Source: Bryobacterales bacterium | GTDB lineage: Bacteria > Acidobacteriota > Terriglobia > Bryobacterales > Bryobacteraceae | Reading direction: 5' to 3' | Length of the DNA stretch: 64,000 bases | NCBI GenBank assembly: GCA_027452065.1 | Contig: DAIDHC010000036.1 | Coordinates: forward strand, 2,589-66,588 | In this document: positions 33,406-42,898 of the stretch, in pieces | Layout: the number at the start of each line of letters is the position of its first letter | Numbering within the stretch: the stretch's first letter is position 1 | Translations under genes and position numbers: made by a program | Notes under the pieces: generated by a model | What the model saw: the letters and a program-made list of their open reading frames with translations, nothing else | The model's database searches: none | What the model was told of the DNA's origin: nothing

Positions 33406-34398
33406 TCAAATCGCCCGCGACGGCCTCGTCAACCAAAAAAGCACCGCCCCCGGTGCCAGAGGTACTAGGCGTTCGGCCCAACCGCTGCGCACCAAACTCC
33501 TGAAAACACTCGATACTTCAAACGGGCGCTGCAGGGTGCTCCGGCAGTCCCGCACGTAGCGATCCGCACCGGACCGGCGCGCCGCGGCAAGGCCGGCCAG
33601 CCTGCCCGTGGTCACCGCCGACAGCAGCCCGGACCCGGTGAACGGATCGACGAACGACAGGGCATCCCCGGCGATCAGCGGACCGGTCATCGGCTGCCGC
33701 AGCCGATGGCCGAACACCAGCGGCCCGGTGCACATCCATTTCATCACCCGCCGCAGCGGCGCCAGGCGCTCCGCCAGGGCCGGATTCGAGCCAACCACCG
33801 CGTCCATCTCGAAGCCCCTCCTCGCCAGGGAATCTTCAGCCGCGATTCCGCAGACATTGGTAACTCCGTTCTCCACGGCGTTCACGCCGACGTAGCAGCC
33901 ATCGAAGAAAAATAGCTCGACTGCGTCGCTCGCCGGTCCATGAAAGTGGGCCTTAAAGCCGAACAGCCGGTCACCGCGCCTCTGGCGGCCCGCGCGCCCG
34001 GTCGCCTCGACCGCTACCGGCGGCGCGTCGGCCGGCGGTTCAGCGGCCGCCGTGGCCCCCTGGCGCAGCGCCGCCTTCCATAACAACTCGTCGAAGCGGA
34101 AGCGGCTCAGGCCATATGCCGCCTCGGGAAGGCGGCACCGCTTCACGGCCTTGGGAAAGTACAGTGCCATACGCCGTATCGTCGCCGCGCCGGCGCGCCG
34201 AAAATCTTCCCCGGCGCCGAGGCGCTCCAGCAGCGGGACGATCTCCGGCGACAGAAATTCGCCGCAAACCTTGTGGCGCGGAAACCGGGATCGCTCCACC
34301 AGCAGCACTTCCCTTCCCTCGCCCAGCGCCGCCATCGCCGCCGCCGCCCCCGCCGGGCCCCCTCCCGTGATGTGAATCCGCCCGTCCGCCGCCCTCAT
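33406..34398 (-). CDS. FAD-dependent oxidoreductase, geranylgeranyl-reductase-like
   Basis: Motifs ITGGGPAGAAAA and RHKVCGEFLSPE. The likely start is ATG 34398, forming an ATGA overlap with the upstream stop. Confidence 0.8.
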   Translation of the reverse strand: MRAADGRIHITGGGPAGAAAAMAALGEGREVLLVERSRFPRHKVCGEFLSPEIVPLLERLGAGEDFRRAGAATIRRMALYFPKAVKRCRLPEAAYGLSRFRFDELLWKAALRQGATAAAEPPADAPPVAVEATGRAGRQRRGDRLFGFKAHFHGPASDAVELFFFDGCYVGVNAVENGVTNVCGIAAEDSLARRGFEMDAVVGSNPALAERLAPLRRVMKWMCTGPLVFGHRLRQPMTGPLIAGDALSFVDPFTGSGLLSAVTTGRLAGLAAARRSGADRYVRDCRSTLQRPFEVSSVFRSLVRSGWAERLVPLAPGAVLFWLTRPSRAI

Positions 34399-36434
34399 CC
34401 CACGATTACAGCACGGCGGCGCAACTGGCCGTAGCCGATCCACACAAAGCATCCCAGCCACGCCGCTGCGCTGCCCGTAAGCGCCGCCTTCATCTCCCTC
34501 CCGCCGTCATATTCAAGCTCCACCCGGCAAAGCCCGCCGCACCGCGGCTCGATCACCATCTGTCCCAGAGCGTCGGCGAAAACGCGCCGCCGCCGCCCGT
34601 TGACCCGGGCGTGCCAGCCCTCGTGCCAGGTCTCCTGAAATGAGACCAACTGGTCCGCCCTCATTTCCGCGGTCAACGTCACGGTATGCCGCGAGGTCCA
34701 CTGCACCTGCGCCTGCGCTCGCTCGATGGCCGCATCGTAACGCCCGATGTCGTCGACATCGAGTGCTCCGGCCGGCGCATGCCGCATCCAGTCTTCCGGT
34801 CCAATAACATGCGCCAGGCTGTTCCAGGGCGCGGGAATTTCATAAATAGCATCGCCTCCGTCGCCGCGCCAAAGCACGGGCAGCGAAGCGAAGTCATCGG
34901 GCTTCGGGAAAGTTCGGTAAACCTGGCCCGTTCCAGCGCCGGCCACACCCAGCGCGCGTACTCCAAAAGCCTTCAGCCACAAGACAGACGCTTCCAGGTG
35001 CTGTTTCGAATCGGGCGGTCCGGCATATACCAGGTAGGTGATCATCGCATTCCAGGGATACGGCCGGCACTGATCGAATCCGCCGCCCAACTGCGGCGTA
35101 TCGTTGAACGAGTTCAGCCAAAAAGAAGCGGCGCCGGGCGCGAAGACGCGAGGGATGCCGGGATGCGCGCCAAACCATTCGTCCATCTTGTACTCCGCGG
35201 TGGCGCGTATATCGATGGGTGTGATCAAGCCACGGGCGTAACCGCGATAGCGGACCACCTGTGGGATCAGCAGCACAACCACCGCGGCCCCAACGGCGAT
35301 CCGGACCGCCGGACGCCGGCGTTCCACCGCCATCCAGACCAGCGCCGCCGCCAGGCCGCAGAAAGCCAGATCCATCTCGATGTGGTACCGGGCCGGTTGC
35401 GGGAGCAGCGCGATACCACGCCAGTAGGCAAACAGCGGCGGCGCGCCCATGAACAACGAGAAAAAGGTGAAAAACTGGATCGCAGGATTCGCGTTCACCC
35501 GCGCGAACAGCAACTTCAGGCACGCCGCGATCGCCACGCCGGCCAGCACCACCAAGGGCAAAAACTGAACCGCGAGGTGGTAATCACCCCCGATGGTGGG
35601 CGAATTCAAACGCACCGCGTGTATGGTCGAGGGAGGGATGCAGGGTGATGCCAGCAGGTAGGCGAGGCCGCCGCAAAGCGCCGCCCAAAGCCAGTTCCCC
35701 AACAACCGCCGATCGACTCGGGAAGTGCGTGCCAGCAAGAGACAGAACACGCCCGCCGCAAGGGCCAGCGCACCTAGCCAGTTCGTGGCGGCGACGGCGG
35801 CCAGCGCGATCGCGGCAAACAGCGTATCCCCAGGCCTGCGGCTCTCCATCGCGCGGTCCAAAGCGAAGATCGCCAGCGGCAGCAGCGCCACCGCCGCGAT
35901 GTGCGGCCCCTCGCCGTACACCACCAGAACATCCAGCCGGCGGTCGAGCCAGGGCCCTCCTAAGTCCACGCGGACCTCTCGTGACAGCAGCGCTGACGGC
36001 GACAACAGCGAATAAACCAATCCGGTCAGAAACCCCGCAACCCGCGATCCCGACAGTCTCGCAGCGAGCCAGTACAGGGCCACCGGCCCAAAAGCATAGA
36101 AGGCCGCGCTTACGGCGTGATGGGCGAGCGCGGGCGGCATCCCACCGAACGTGCCCGCCGCCGCCACCAGAATATGCAGCAGCGGCGGATAGGAGTTCTG
36201 CTGCGGAATCCCTCCGTACCATTCCGGAAACCACCGCAGATCGCTCCAGTGCTCCATCACAATGCGGCTGATCGACACGTAAGCCGCCTCAATCGAGCCC
36301 GTGTAACGGGTGTATTCCACGGTGAACAGCTCGCGGCAGACAAAAGCGTTCAGCAGAAACAGGACGAGAGGAGGAGTAAAACGCGAGAGGCGTGTTTTCA
36401 AGGCGGAGGATTTATCGGGGCCGGTGGACTCCAA
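34395..36434 (-). CDS. large polytopic membrane protein, GT-C / YfhO / PTPS-related-like
   Basis: 679 aa with about 12 or more TM helices, a WFPEWYGGIPQQNSYPPLLH loop motif and a C-terminal soluble domain. Confidence 0.72.
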   Translation of the reverse strand: MESTGPDKSSALKTRLSRFTPPLVLFLLNAFVCRELFTVEYTRYTGSIEAAYVSISRIVMEHWSDLRWFPEWYGGIPQQNSYPPLLHILVAAAGTFGGMPPALAHHAVSAAFYAFGPVALYWLAARLSGSRVAGFLTGLVYSLLSPSALLSREVRVDLGGPWLDRRLDVLVVYGEGPHIAAVALLPLAIFALDRAMESRRPGDTLFAAIALAAVAATNWLGALALAAGVFCLLLARTSRVDRRLLGNWLWAALCGGLAYLLASPCIPPSTIHAVRLNSPTIGGDYHLAVQFLPLVVLAGVAIAACLKLLFARVNANPAIQFFTFFSLFMGAPPLFAYWRGIALLPQPARYHIEMDLAFCGLAAALVWMAVERRRPAVRIAVGAAVVVLLIPQVVRYRGYARGLITPIDIRATAEYKMDEWFGAHPGIPRVFAPGAASFWLNSFNDTPQLGGGFDQCRPYPWNAMITYLVYAGPPDSKQHLEASVLWLKAFGVRALGVAGAGTGQVYRTFPKPDDFASLPVLWRGDGGDAIYEIPAPWNSLAHVIGPEDWMRHAPAGALDVDDIGRYDAAIERAQAQVQWTSRHTVTLTAEMRADQLVSFQETWHEGWHARVNGRRRRVFADALGQMVIEPRCGGLCRVELEYDGGREMKAALTGSAAAWLGCFVWIGYGQLRRRAVIVG

Positions 36435-37461
36435 GCAAGCTCATCGGGAATCATATCATTGGGAGTTGGAAAGTTCCGAAATCAGACGCCTTCGCCGCGC
36501 GCTCCTGGCCTGGTATGCGGTGGCGCGCCGGGACCTGCCCTGGCGGCGCACCAGCGAGCCGTACCGGATCTGGCTCTCCGAAGTCATGCTGCAGCAGACG
36601 CGCGCCGCCGCCGCGGCGCCCTATTACCAGCGGTTTCTGGAGCGCTTTCCCAACGTCGAGGCATTGGCCGCCGCACCCGAGCAGGACGTTCTCGCGCTTT
36701 GGGCGGGCCTCGGATACTACACCCGCGCCCGCCTGCTCCACCGCGCGGCCCAGCAGGTTGCCAGTCTCGGGCGATTTCCTGACGATTACGACTCCATTCG
36801 CGCGCTGCCCGGCGTCGGCGATTACACCGCCGCCGCCGTAGCGAGCATCGCCTTCGCGCAACCCCATGCGGTTCTCGATGGAAACGTTGCCCGGCTGTTG
36901 AGCCGCCTGACGGCCGAGTCCGGCATCATCTCGTTGCCGGCCACACGCGCGCGTCTCCAGGCAACCGCTTCACTCCTGCTCGATCCCAAAGCCCCCGGCG
37001 CTTTCAATCAAGCCATGATGGAGCTCGGCGCCACCGTCTGCCTGCCACGCGTTCCCCTTTGCAACTCCTGCCCGCTGCAGGCCTCGTGCTCGGCCTACCA
37101 AACCGGCCGCCAGGCGGAGCTTCCCGTGAAGGCGCCGCGCAAGCCTTTTCACTCCGCCCTCCGCGAGCTTCTGCTCATTCGCCGCCGCGGGGCGATCCTT
37201 TTCCGCCAGCTTTCTCCCTCCAGCCCGCGGCTGGCCGGCTTCTGGGAACTGCCGGAGCGCGCCTCGCTTCCCGATGCGCTGCGCTTGCGGCTCCTCGGCT
37301 CCTTCCCCCACACCATCGTCCAGACGCGCTATGAATGCCAGGTCTGGGAGGCCACGCTCCCCTCCGCGCCCGCCGGTCTGCGATGGATCGACCTTCGCCG
37401 TTTTTCTGAATTTCCCGTCTCAACAATTTCGAAAAAGGCTTTAAAAATAGCCGGAATCTGA
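36424..37461 (+). CDS. mutY: A/G-specific adenine DNA glycosylase
   Basis: Motifs LPWRRTSEPYRIWLSEVMLQQT and the 4Fe-4S loop CLPRVPLCNSCPLQASC. Start is uncertain (GTG 36424 or TTG 36466). Confidence 0.86.
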   Translation: MDSKQAHRESYHWELESSEIRRLRRALLAWYAVARRDLPWRRTSEPYRIWLSEVMLQQTRAAAAAPYYQRFLERFPNVEALAAAPEQDVLALWAGLGYYTRARLLHRAAQQVASLGRFPDDYDSIRALPGVGDYTAAAVASIAFAQPHAVLDGNVARLLSRLTAESGIISLPATRARLQATASLLLDPKAPGAFNQAMMELGATVCLPRVPLCNSCPLQASCSAYQTGRQAELPVKAPRKPFHSALRELLLIRRRGAILFRQLSPSSPRLAGFWELPERASLPDALRLRLLGSFPHTIVQTRYECQVWEATLPSAPAGLRWIDLRRFSEFPVSTISKKALKIAGI

Positions 37462-37578
37462 TGGGATCTCTTCCCTCGCCCGCATTTCGCAATTTCTTTA
37501 CACGCTGATTACGACATCGCGGGTGCCCGTTTCTATTCTTAGGTGAAGGCGAGTCCTTCGCCGAGGTCACTCACATAA

Positions 37579-38934
37579 ATGCAACGACAATTAAAGATTC
37601 GTGTCGCGCAATTCGCCGCGCTCGGCGCCGCCGCCCCGGTCCTGCTTTGGGCCTATAGCTACGGCCCTCTTCCCTTCTACACCACCGCACCCGGCGACAA
37701 ACCCGGCATCGCCTGCACCGCCTGCCATCCCGGTCCGCTTAACCCTCCCGGAGGCAGCGTGGCCGTGAACTTCCCTGGAGGGCTCAGCTACACTCCGGGC
37801 AAAACGCAGACCTTCACCATTCAGATCTCCGACTCTCAGGCCACGCTCTACGGTTTTGAAATGACTGCCCGGCTCGATAGTAATCCCACCGCCGCGCAAG
37901 CCGGCAGCTTCACTCCCTTGGCGCAGAATGGCGGTCTCCAGCAGGTGATTTGCTCCAAGTACGATCAAGCCGGAACCCAGGGCTGCCCGCCCTCGGAGGA
38001 CAACGGGATCGAGTGGATCGAGCACTCGCAGCAACCCTTCACCACCAACACCATCCAGGTGCAGTGGACTCCGCCGGCCACCAACCAGGGCAACGTGCAC
38101 ATCTACATCGCCGCCAACGCAGCGCCTTCGAACCCCGGCCTCCCCATCGGCCACATCTACGCCGCCGATTATGTTCTCAGCCCCGCCGTCTCCAATCCCA
38201 AACCGCCCTCCATCGCCGGCGTCGTCAACGCCGCCAGCTTCGCGCAGAGCGCCCAGGCCGGTTCCTTCGTCAGCATCTTCGGCTCCAACCTGGCCACGAA
38301 AACCATGACCTGGGACGGCGCCATCGCCAACGGCATCTTCCCCACAATGCTCGCCGGCGCCAGCGTCACCATCGACGGCAAACCCGCCCCGGTCAACTTC
38401 GTCAGCCCCGGCCAGATCAACGTCCTCGCCCCCGCCGATTCCAACACCGGCCCCGTCGCCGTCGTCGTCACCACCAACGGTACGCCCAGCAATTCCTTCT
38501 CGCTCAAACTCCAGTCCGAATCCCCGGCCTTCTTCACCTACAGCCCCGGCAACGGGAAGTACATCGCGGCGCAAATCGGGCTGCCCGGTAACAAAACCCT
38601 CACCCTCGCGCCGAAAGGCCTCTTCGGCTCCGCCGTCCCCTCGCAGCCTATCCAGGCCGGCCAGGTCGCCGTCCTCTACGGCACCGGCTTCGGCCCCACA
38701 ACTCCCATCGAGGACCCAACGCGCGTTCTCTCCTCCGCCCTGCCCTGCATTTCCAACCCGGCGGTCACCATCGGCAACGCACAGGCCCCGGTTCAGTTCT
38801 GCGGCATCACCGAAACGGGCCTCTACCAGATCAACGTCGTCGTGCCCTCCGGTCTCCCCGGTGGCGACAACGCCGTCACGGCCACCGTCAACGGCGTCTC
38901 CACCACGCAGAAAGTCTTCCTCCCCGTCCAATGA
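37579..38934 (+). CDS. secreted protein: CxxCH-containing N-domain plus two Solibacter-type (TIGR03437-like) Ig-like repeats
   Basis: Signal peptide, CTACH at about residue 46, and repeats with VVNAASF...SIFGSNL...GQINVLAP and LYGTGFG...GLYQINVVVP. Confidence 0.8.
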   Translation: MQRQLKIRVAQFAALGAAAPVLLWAYSYGPLPFYTTAPGDKPGIACTACHPGPLNPPGGSVAVNFPGGLSYTPGKTQTFTIQISDSQATLYGFEMTARLDSNPTAAQAGSFTPLAQNGGLQQVICSKYDQAGTQGCPPSEDNGIEWIEHSQQPFTTNTIQVQWTPPATNQGNVHIYIAANAAPSNPGLPIGHIYAADYVLSPAVSNPKPPSIAGVVNAASFAQSAQAGSFVSIFGSNLATKTMTWDGAIANGIFPTMLAGASVTIDGKPAPVNFVSPGQINVLAPADSNTGPVAVVVTTNGTPSNSFSLKLQSESPAFFTYSPGNGKYIAAQIGLPGNKTLTLAPKGLFGSAVPSQPIQAGQVAVLYGTGFGPTTPIEDPTRVLSSALPCISNPAVTIGNAQAPVQFCGITETGLYQINVVVPSGLPGGDNAVTATVNGVSTTQKVFLPVQ

Positions 38935-38992
38935 CCGCTGCCCGCCGCGACAGGACCCGGCGGCGGTTACGAAGCTCCCCGCTGCGGGGCTT

Positions 38993-41470
38993 TCACTCGT
39001 TCCGCAGCGCCTGCATCACGTCCACTCGCGCCGCCCGCATCGCCGGTATCGCCGAAGCGATCACTGCTGCCGCCAGCAGCACCAGCGCCGCTCCCGTCAC
39101 CGGCCACACCCCCGGCAGCTTCAGATCGCCCAGCAGCTTTCCCGCCCCCTGCGCCAGCCAATACCCGCTCACAAATCCCAGCGCCAGCCCGCCAATCGCC
39201 ATCGCCGCGCCGTCGCCGATTACCCGCATCAGAAGGTCCCTCGGCGCCGAGCCCACCGCCAGCCGGATCCCGAACTCCCGCGTCCTCACGCTCACCGAAA
39301 ACGCCAGCACGCCCGCCACGCCCACAACCGCGATCAGCAGCGCAACTCCGCCAAACACCCCGAAAACCACCGCGTTCAACTTCTCCGGCGACAGCACCTC
39401 GGCCCGGATGTCGGCCAGCGTGCTCGCCTTCTCCACCGGCTGATTCGCCGACAGCTTCCGGATGATCCTCGCAACAGGCTGCGTCAGCGCATACGGATCG
39501 GTCCGCGTCTCGATCAGCAGCCGCCCCGGCAGCAGAAACTGCTCTTGATCGGACGGATGATAAATCGTCATCAACGGCCTCGCCGGTATGTGCGAGTTGT
39601 CGATGTCCGGCACAATCCCGATGATCCGCGTCTGCAGCGGCTGAAATCCCGGCAGAAACTGCAATAACGGATCCGAATATGCCACCCGGTGATTCAGCGC
39701 GCTTCGCCCCTGAAACATTTTTCTCGCCAATGTTTCGCTGATGATCGCCACCGGCTCGCCGCCCGCGCGGTCCGAATCGGCAAAGTCCCGCCCCTCCAGC
39801 ACCGGCAGTCCCAGCGTCGCGAAAAATCCCGGCGAGACCACCTGAAAGCTCGCCCGCGGCGGCGCCTGCCCCGCATCCAACGCTTTCCCGTCGGCCTCAA
39901 ACTGCAGCGCAATAACGTCCCGGTCCCGCCACGGAACCGACAACCCCCAGGCCACGTTCGCCACTCCGGGCAATTGCCGGATCTGCCTCGCCGCTTCTCT
40001 GGCATAAGCCGCCCTCTGCTCCGTCGTCGTCCCTTCCCGCATCACCGGTACGTTTACCGCCAGCACGTGCGTCACGTCAAAACCCGTCTGCGCCGATTCG
40101 AGCGACACCAGCGTCGTCACCGTCGCCGCCGCCGACGCCACCAGCACAAACGACGCCGCAATCTGCACCAGCGCGAACACCTTCAGCCGCCGGTTCGCCG
40201 TCCCCGTCACCCGCGGCCCTCCGCTACTCAGCCCGAACGCCCGCGCCGCGTCCGTCAACGGGAGCCTCGGCACAAACGCCAGCACAACCGCCGCCAGTAT
40301 CGCCAGCCCCGCGCCCACCGCCAGCGCGCTCGAATCCACGCTCAGATCCAGCGCCCGCACCGAGTACCGCGACGCATACCGCGCCAGCACCGCCGTCAGC
40401 GGCCCCGCGATCGCAACCCCGATCACCGCCCCCGCCCCGCACAACATCAGGCTCTCGGCCAGCAGCACCCTCCTCAAATCCATCGCCCGCGCCCCCAGCG
40501 CCGCCCGGATTCCCAACTCGCCTTCCCTCCTCACCGTCCGCGCCAGTATCAGGTTCGCCACGTTCGAACACGCGATCACAAACACCAGCACCGACGCCGC
40601 CATCAGCACCAGCAGAATCGTCCGCGCCCCGCTCGTCAGCTCATCCCGCAGCCTGCGCGCCCGGATACCGAAGCCCTCCTCTTTCGGATACGCCTCCGGA
40701 TGCTCGCTCTTGATCCCCCCATACACCGCCGCCAGCTCCGCCCGCGCCTGCTCCATGCTCGTCCCCGGAGTCAGCCTCGCAAACAGTTCCGTCATCCGGT
40801 GAATCCGCCCCGTCACCATCGTCGCCGACAAATGGTGCGCGCTCGTCACAATGTTGGCGATAATCTCGGTGTCCTGCGGATACGGCACGCACGGCTCCAG
40901 CACCCCTACCACCGTTGCCTCCCGCGTATCGATAAACGACCCCAGCCGGATCGTCTTCCCAATCACGTTCGGATCCTTGTTCAACGCCGTCGACCAGAAC
41001 CGGTACGTCAGCACCGCTGCCCCCGCCGCTTTCGGCCCGTCGTCGCGCTGGTCCAGCAGCCGCCCCAGCACCGGCCTCAGCCCCATCGTCCCGAAATACG
41101 TCCCGTTCACAACACCGCTCCGCACCGTCCTCGGCTCGCCCAGCCCAACGAGGGTGAATTCCATCTCCGAGAAGTCCCCGAACGACGTCAGCGTCTTCAC
41201 CCGCGTCTCGAGGTCCTGGACCTCCGGCACCGAGAACGCCACGTCGCCGCGATTCGAGGTCTGCTCGATGAAAATCAGCTTGCTCTCGTCCCGGTTCACC
41301 AGCGGCCGCAGCAGCACCCCGCGCACCAGGCTGAACATCGCCGCGTTCGCCCCAATCCCCAACGCCAGCGTGACAATCACCGCCGCCGTCAAGCCCTTCG
41401 CCCGCCGCAGCGACCTCGCTCCCGCATTCAAGTCGTTCCAGAACGCCGCCAGTTGATCCGCCATGCGCAT
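38993..41470 (-). CDS. ADOP-type duplicated MacB-like ABC permease (FtsX-domain x2)
   Basis: 825 aa. The N-terminus WNDLNAGARSLRRAKGLTAAVIVTLALGIGANAAMFS is typical, followed by two 4-TM FtsX modules. Confidence 0.9.
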   Translation of the reverse strand: MRMADQLAAFWNDLNAGARSLRRAKGLTAAVIVTLALGIGANAAMFSLVRGVLLRPLVNRDESKLIFIEQTSNRGDVAFSVPEVQDLETRVKTLTSFGDFSEMEFTLVGLGEPRTVRSGVVNGTYFGTMGLRPVLGRLLDQRDDGPKAAGAAVLTYRFWSTALNKDPNVIGKTIRLGSFIDTREATVVGVLEPCVPYPQDTEIIANIVTSAHHLSATMVTGRIHRMTELFARLTPGTSMEQARAELAAVYGGIKSEHPEAYPKEEGFGIRARRLRDELTSGARTILLVLMAASVLVFVIACSNVANLILARTVRREGELGIRAALGARAMDLRRVLLAESLMLCGAGAVIGVAIAGPLTAVLARYASRYSVRALDLSVDSSALAVGAGLAILAAVVLAFVPRLPLTDAARAFGLSSGGPRVTGTANRRLKVFALVQIAASFVLVASAAATVTTLVSLESAQTGFDVTHVLAVNVPVMREGTTTEQRAAYAREAARQIRQLPGVANVAWGLSVPWRDRDVIALQFEADGKALDAGQAPPRASFQVVSPGFFATLGLPVLEGRDFADSDRAGGEPVAIISETLARKMFQGRSALNHRVAYSDPLLQFLPGFQPLQTRIIGIVPDIDNSHIPARPLMTIYHPSDQEQFLLPGRLLIETRTDPYALTQPVARIIRKLSANQPVEKASTLADIRAEVLSPEKLNAVVFGVFGGVALLIAVVGVAGVLAFSVSVRTREFGIRLAVGSAPRDLLMRVIGDGAAMAIGGLALGFVSGYWLAQGAGKLLGDLKLPGVWPVTGAALVLLAAAVIASAIPAMRAARVDVMQALRNE

Positions 41471-41598
41471 TTTCCTGTGGTTTGCCGCCGCAACTCGCTT
41501 GCCAACGCCGCCCGCTGCAATATCCTACCGGTTTCGATGCATCCCCGCTCCCCACTGTCCGTTTTCGGGACGCCCTCGTCCGTCCCCGAACGCGCGCT

Positions 41599-42750
41599 TC
41601 AGTAAACCGCCCTCAGCCGCGCCTCCTGTTTGCTGGCGAGCGAAAATCTCGGCTCCGCCTCCAGCCTCCCCGCCAGCACATCGGCCACGTATGCCCCGAC
41701 CGCCGGCCCGTGCTTGAAGCCATGCCCGCTTCCGCCGCCGGCAAACCAGACGCCGGGCCAGTCCGGATGCCGGTCGATGAGGAAATCCCCGCTCGACGTG
41801 TTCTCGTATTGGCAGACGCGGGATTCAATCAGAGGCGCCTCGGCCAGCGCCGGAAACCGGCCGGCGAAGAACCGCCGCGCCTGCTCGACGGTGGAGCGCT
41901 CGACGATCCTGTCCCCGGTATCCGGATCCACCACCGGTCCGTGCGCGTCGAAGGCGATCTTAAATCCGCGTTGTTCGATCTCCGGCAACCCGTACGGCAG
42001 CGTCTCTTCAAAGCGGTCCAGCCACACCGGCATCGCCGGCGGGCTGAAGCGCCGGTCGCCCGGAGGGATGCCGAAGAAAAGCACCTCCTGCCGCGTCGGG
42101 TGGATCCGGCCGCCCACGACGCCGGGAAATACCTTTCTCAGCCAGGGGCCGCAGGCGAAAACGTACGTGCCGGCAAGAAGCTTGGCGCCGGATGCGGTCC
42201 GGAATCCGTGCGCGCCCGGAGGCCCCACCGGCGGCAGCACAAGCTCGTGCAGAAAATCCGCTCCCTCCGCCAGCGCCGCCGCCGCCACCGCCTGAACGGC
42301 CCGGCGGGCCATCAGAGCCCCGCTAAAGGGCTCATAAATCGCCTCGGCGTCCCCATCGAAGCGGATTTGCGGATAGCGGTAGGCGATCTCGGCGGAGGCG
42401 AGTTCTTCGAACGGTACGCCCACTTTGCGCAGCACCGCGCTCGACTCCCGGAGTGGCGGCGCGCCCGGAGGGCCGAACCACAGCACGCCGGTCTGATGAA
42501 AAAGAGGCTGTTTTTCGCGCTCAAAGAAGTCCTGCCACAAGGGAAGCGAGCGGAACGACATCCGCGTGTACAGCTCATCCTGTCCGTAGGCCATGCGGAT
42601 GATGCGCGTCTCGCCGCTCGAGCTCGCCCGGCTGTGCGCCGGTCCATACGCTTCCACCAGCGCCACCGTTCTCCCTTCGCCCGCCAGCCGGTACGCGATC
42701 CACGAACCGAAGACGCCCGCCCCGATCACCGCCACGTCGTAGCTCTTCAT
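41599..42750 (-). CDS. FAD-dependent oxidoreductase (DAO/sarcosine-oxidase-like)
   Basis: MKSYDVAVIGAGVFGSWIAYRL and GHGFKHGPAVG. Start taken at ATG 42750. Confidence 0.85.
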   Translation of the reverse strand: MKSYDVAVIGAGVFGSWIAYRLAGEGRTVALVEAYGPAHSRASSSGETRIIRMAYGQDELYTRMSFRSLPLWQDFFEREKQPLFHQTGVLWFGPPGAPPLRESSAVLRKVGVPFEELASAEIAYRYPQIRFDGDAEAIYEPFSGALMARRAVQAVAAAALAEGADFLHELVLPPVGPPGAHGFRTASGAKLLAGTYVFACGPWLRKVFPGVVGGRIHPTRQEVLFFGIPPGDRRFSPPAMPVWLDRFEETLPYGLPEIEQRGFKIAFDAHGPVVDPDTGDRIVERSTVEQARRFFAGRFPALAEAPLIESRVCQYENTSSGDFLIDRHPDWPGVWFAGGGSGHGFKHGPAVGAYVADVLAGRLEAEPRFSLASKQEARLRAVY

Positions 42751-42898
42751 GTAGAAATGATTATGCCTGACGGCGCCCTGCCCCAGCGCGCGCCGGCGCC
42801 TTCCGCACTCCCCGCTTATAAGCAATCACTGTTGGCTGCATCCAAGAATTGAATTGGTATTTTCGACGAAGATCGCCTACAGTATCAAGTAACCGGCA

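Noticed and set aside
37591-38931. 446-aa ORF antisense to the secreted repeat protein
   Set aside because: Its composition is Gly/Asp/Ala/Val/Glu-rich and low in complexity, as expected for the reverse frame of a GC3-rich gene. The plus-strand ORF has a signal peptide and recognisable repeats.
39689-41605. 638-aa ORF antisense to the ADOP permease
   Set aside because: It is almost pure Arg/Pro/His/Gln, a shadow ORF of a high-GC gene. The minus-strand protein has clear FtsX-type permease features.
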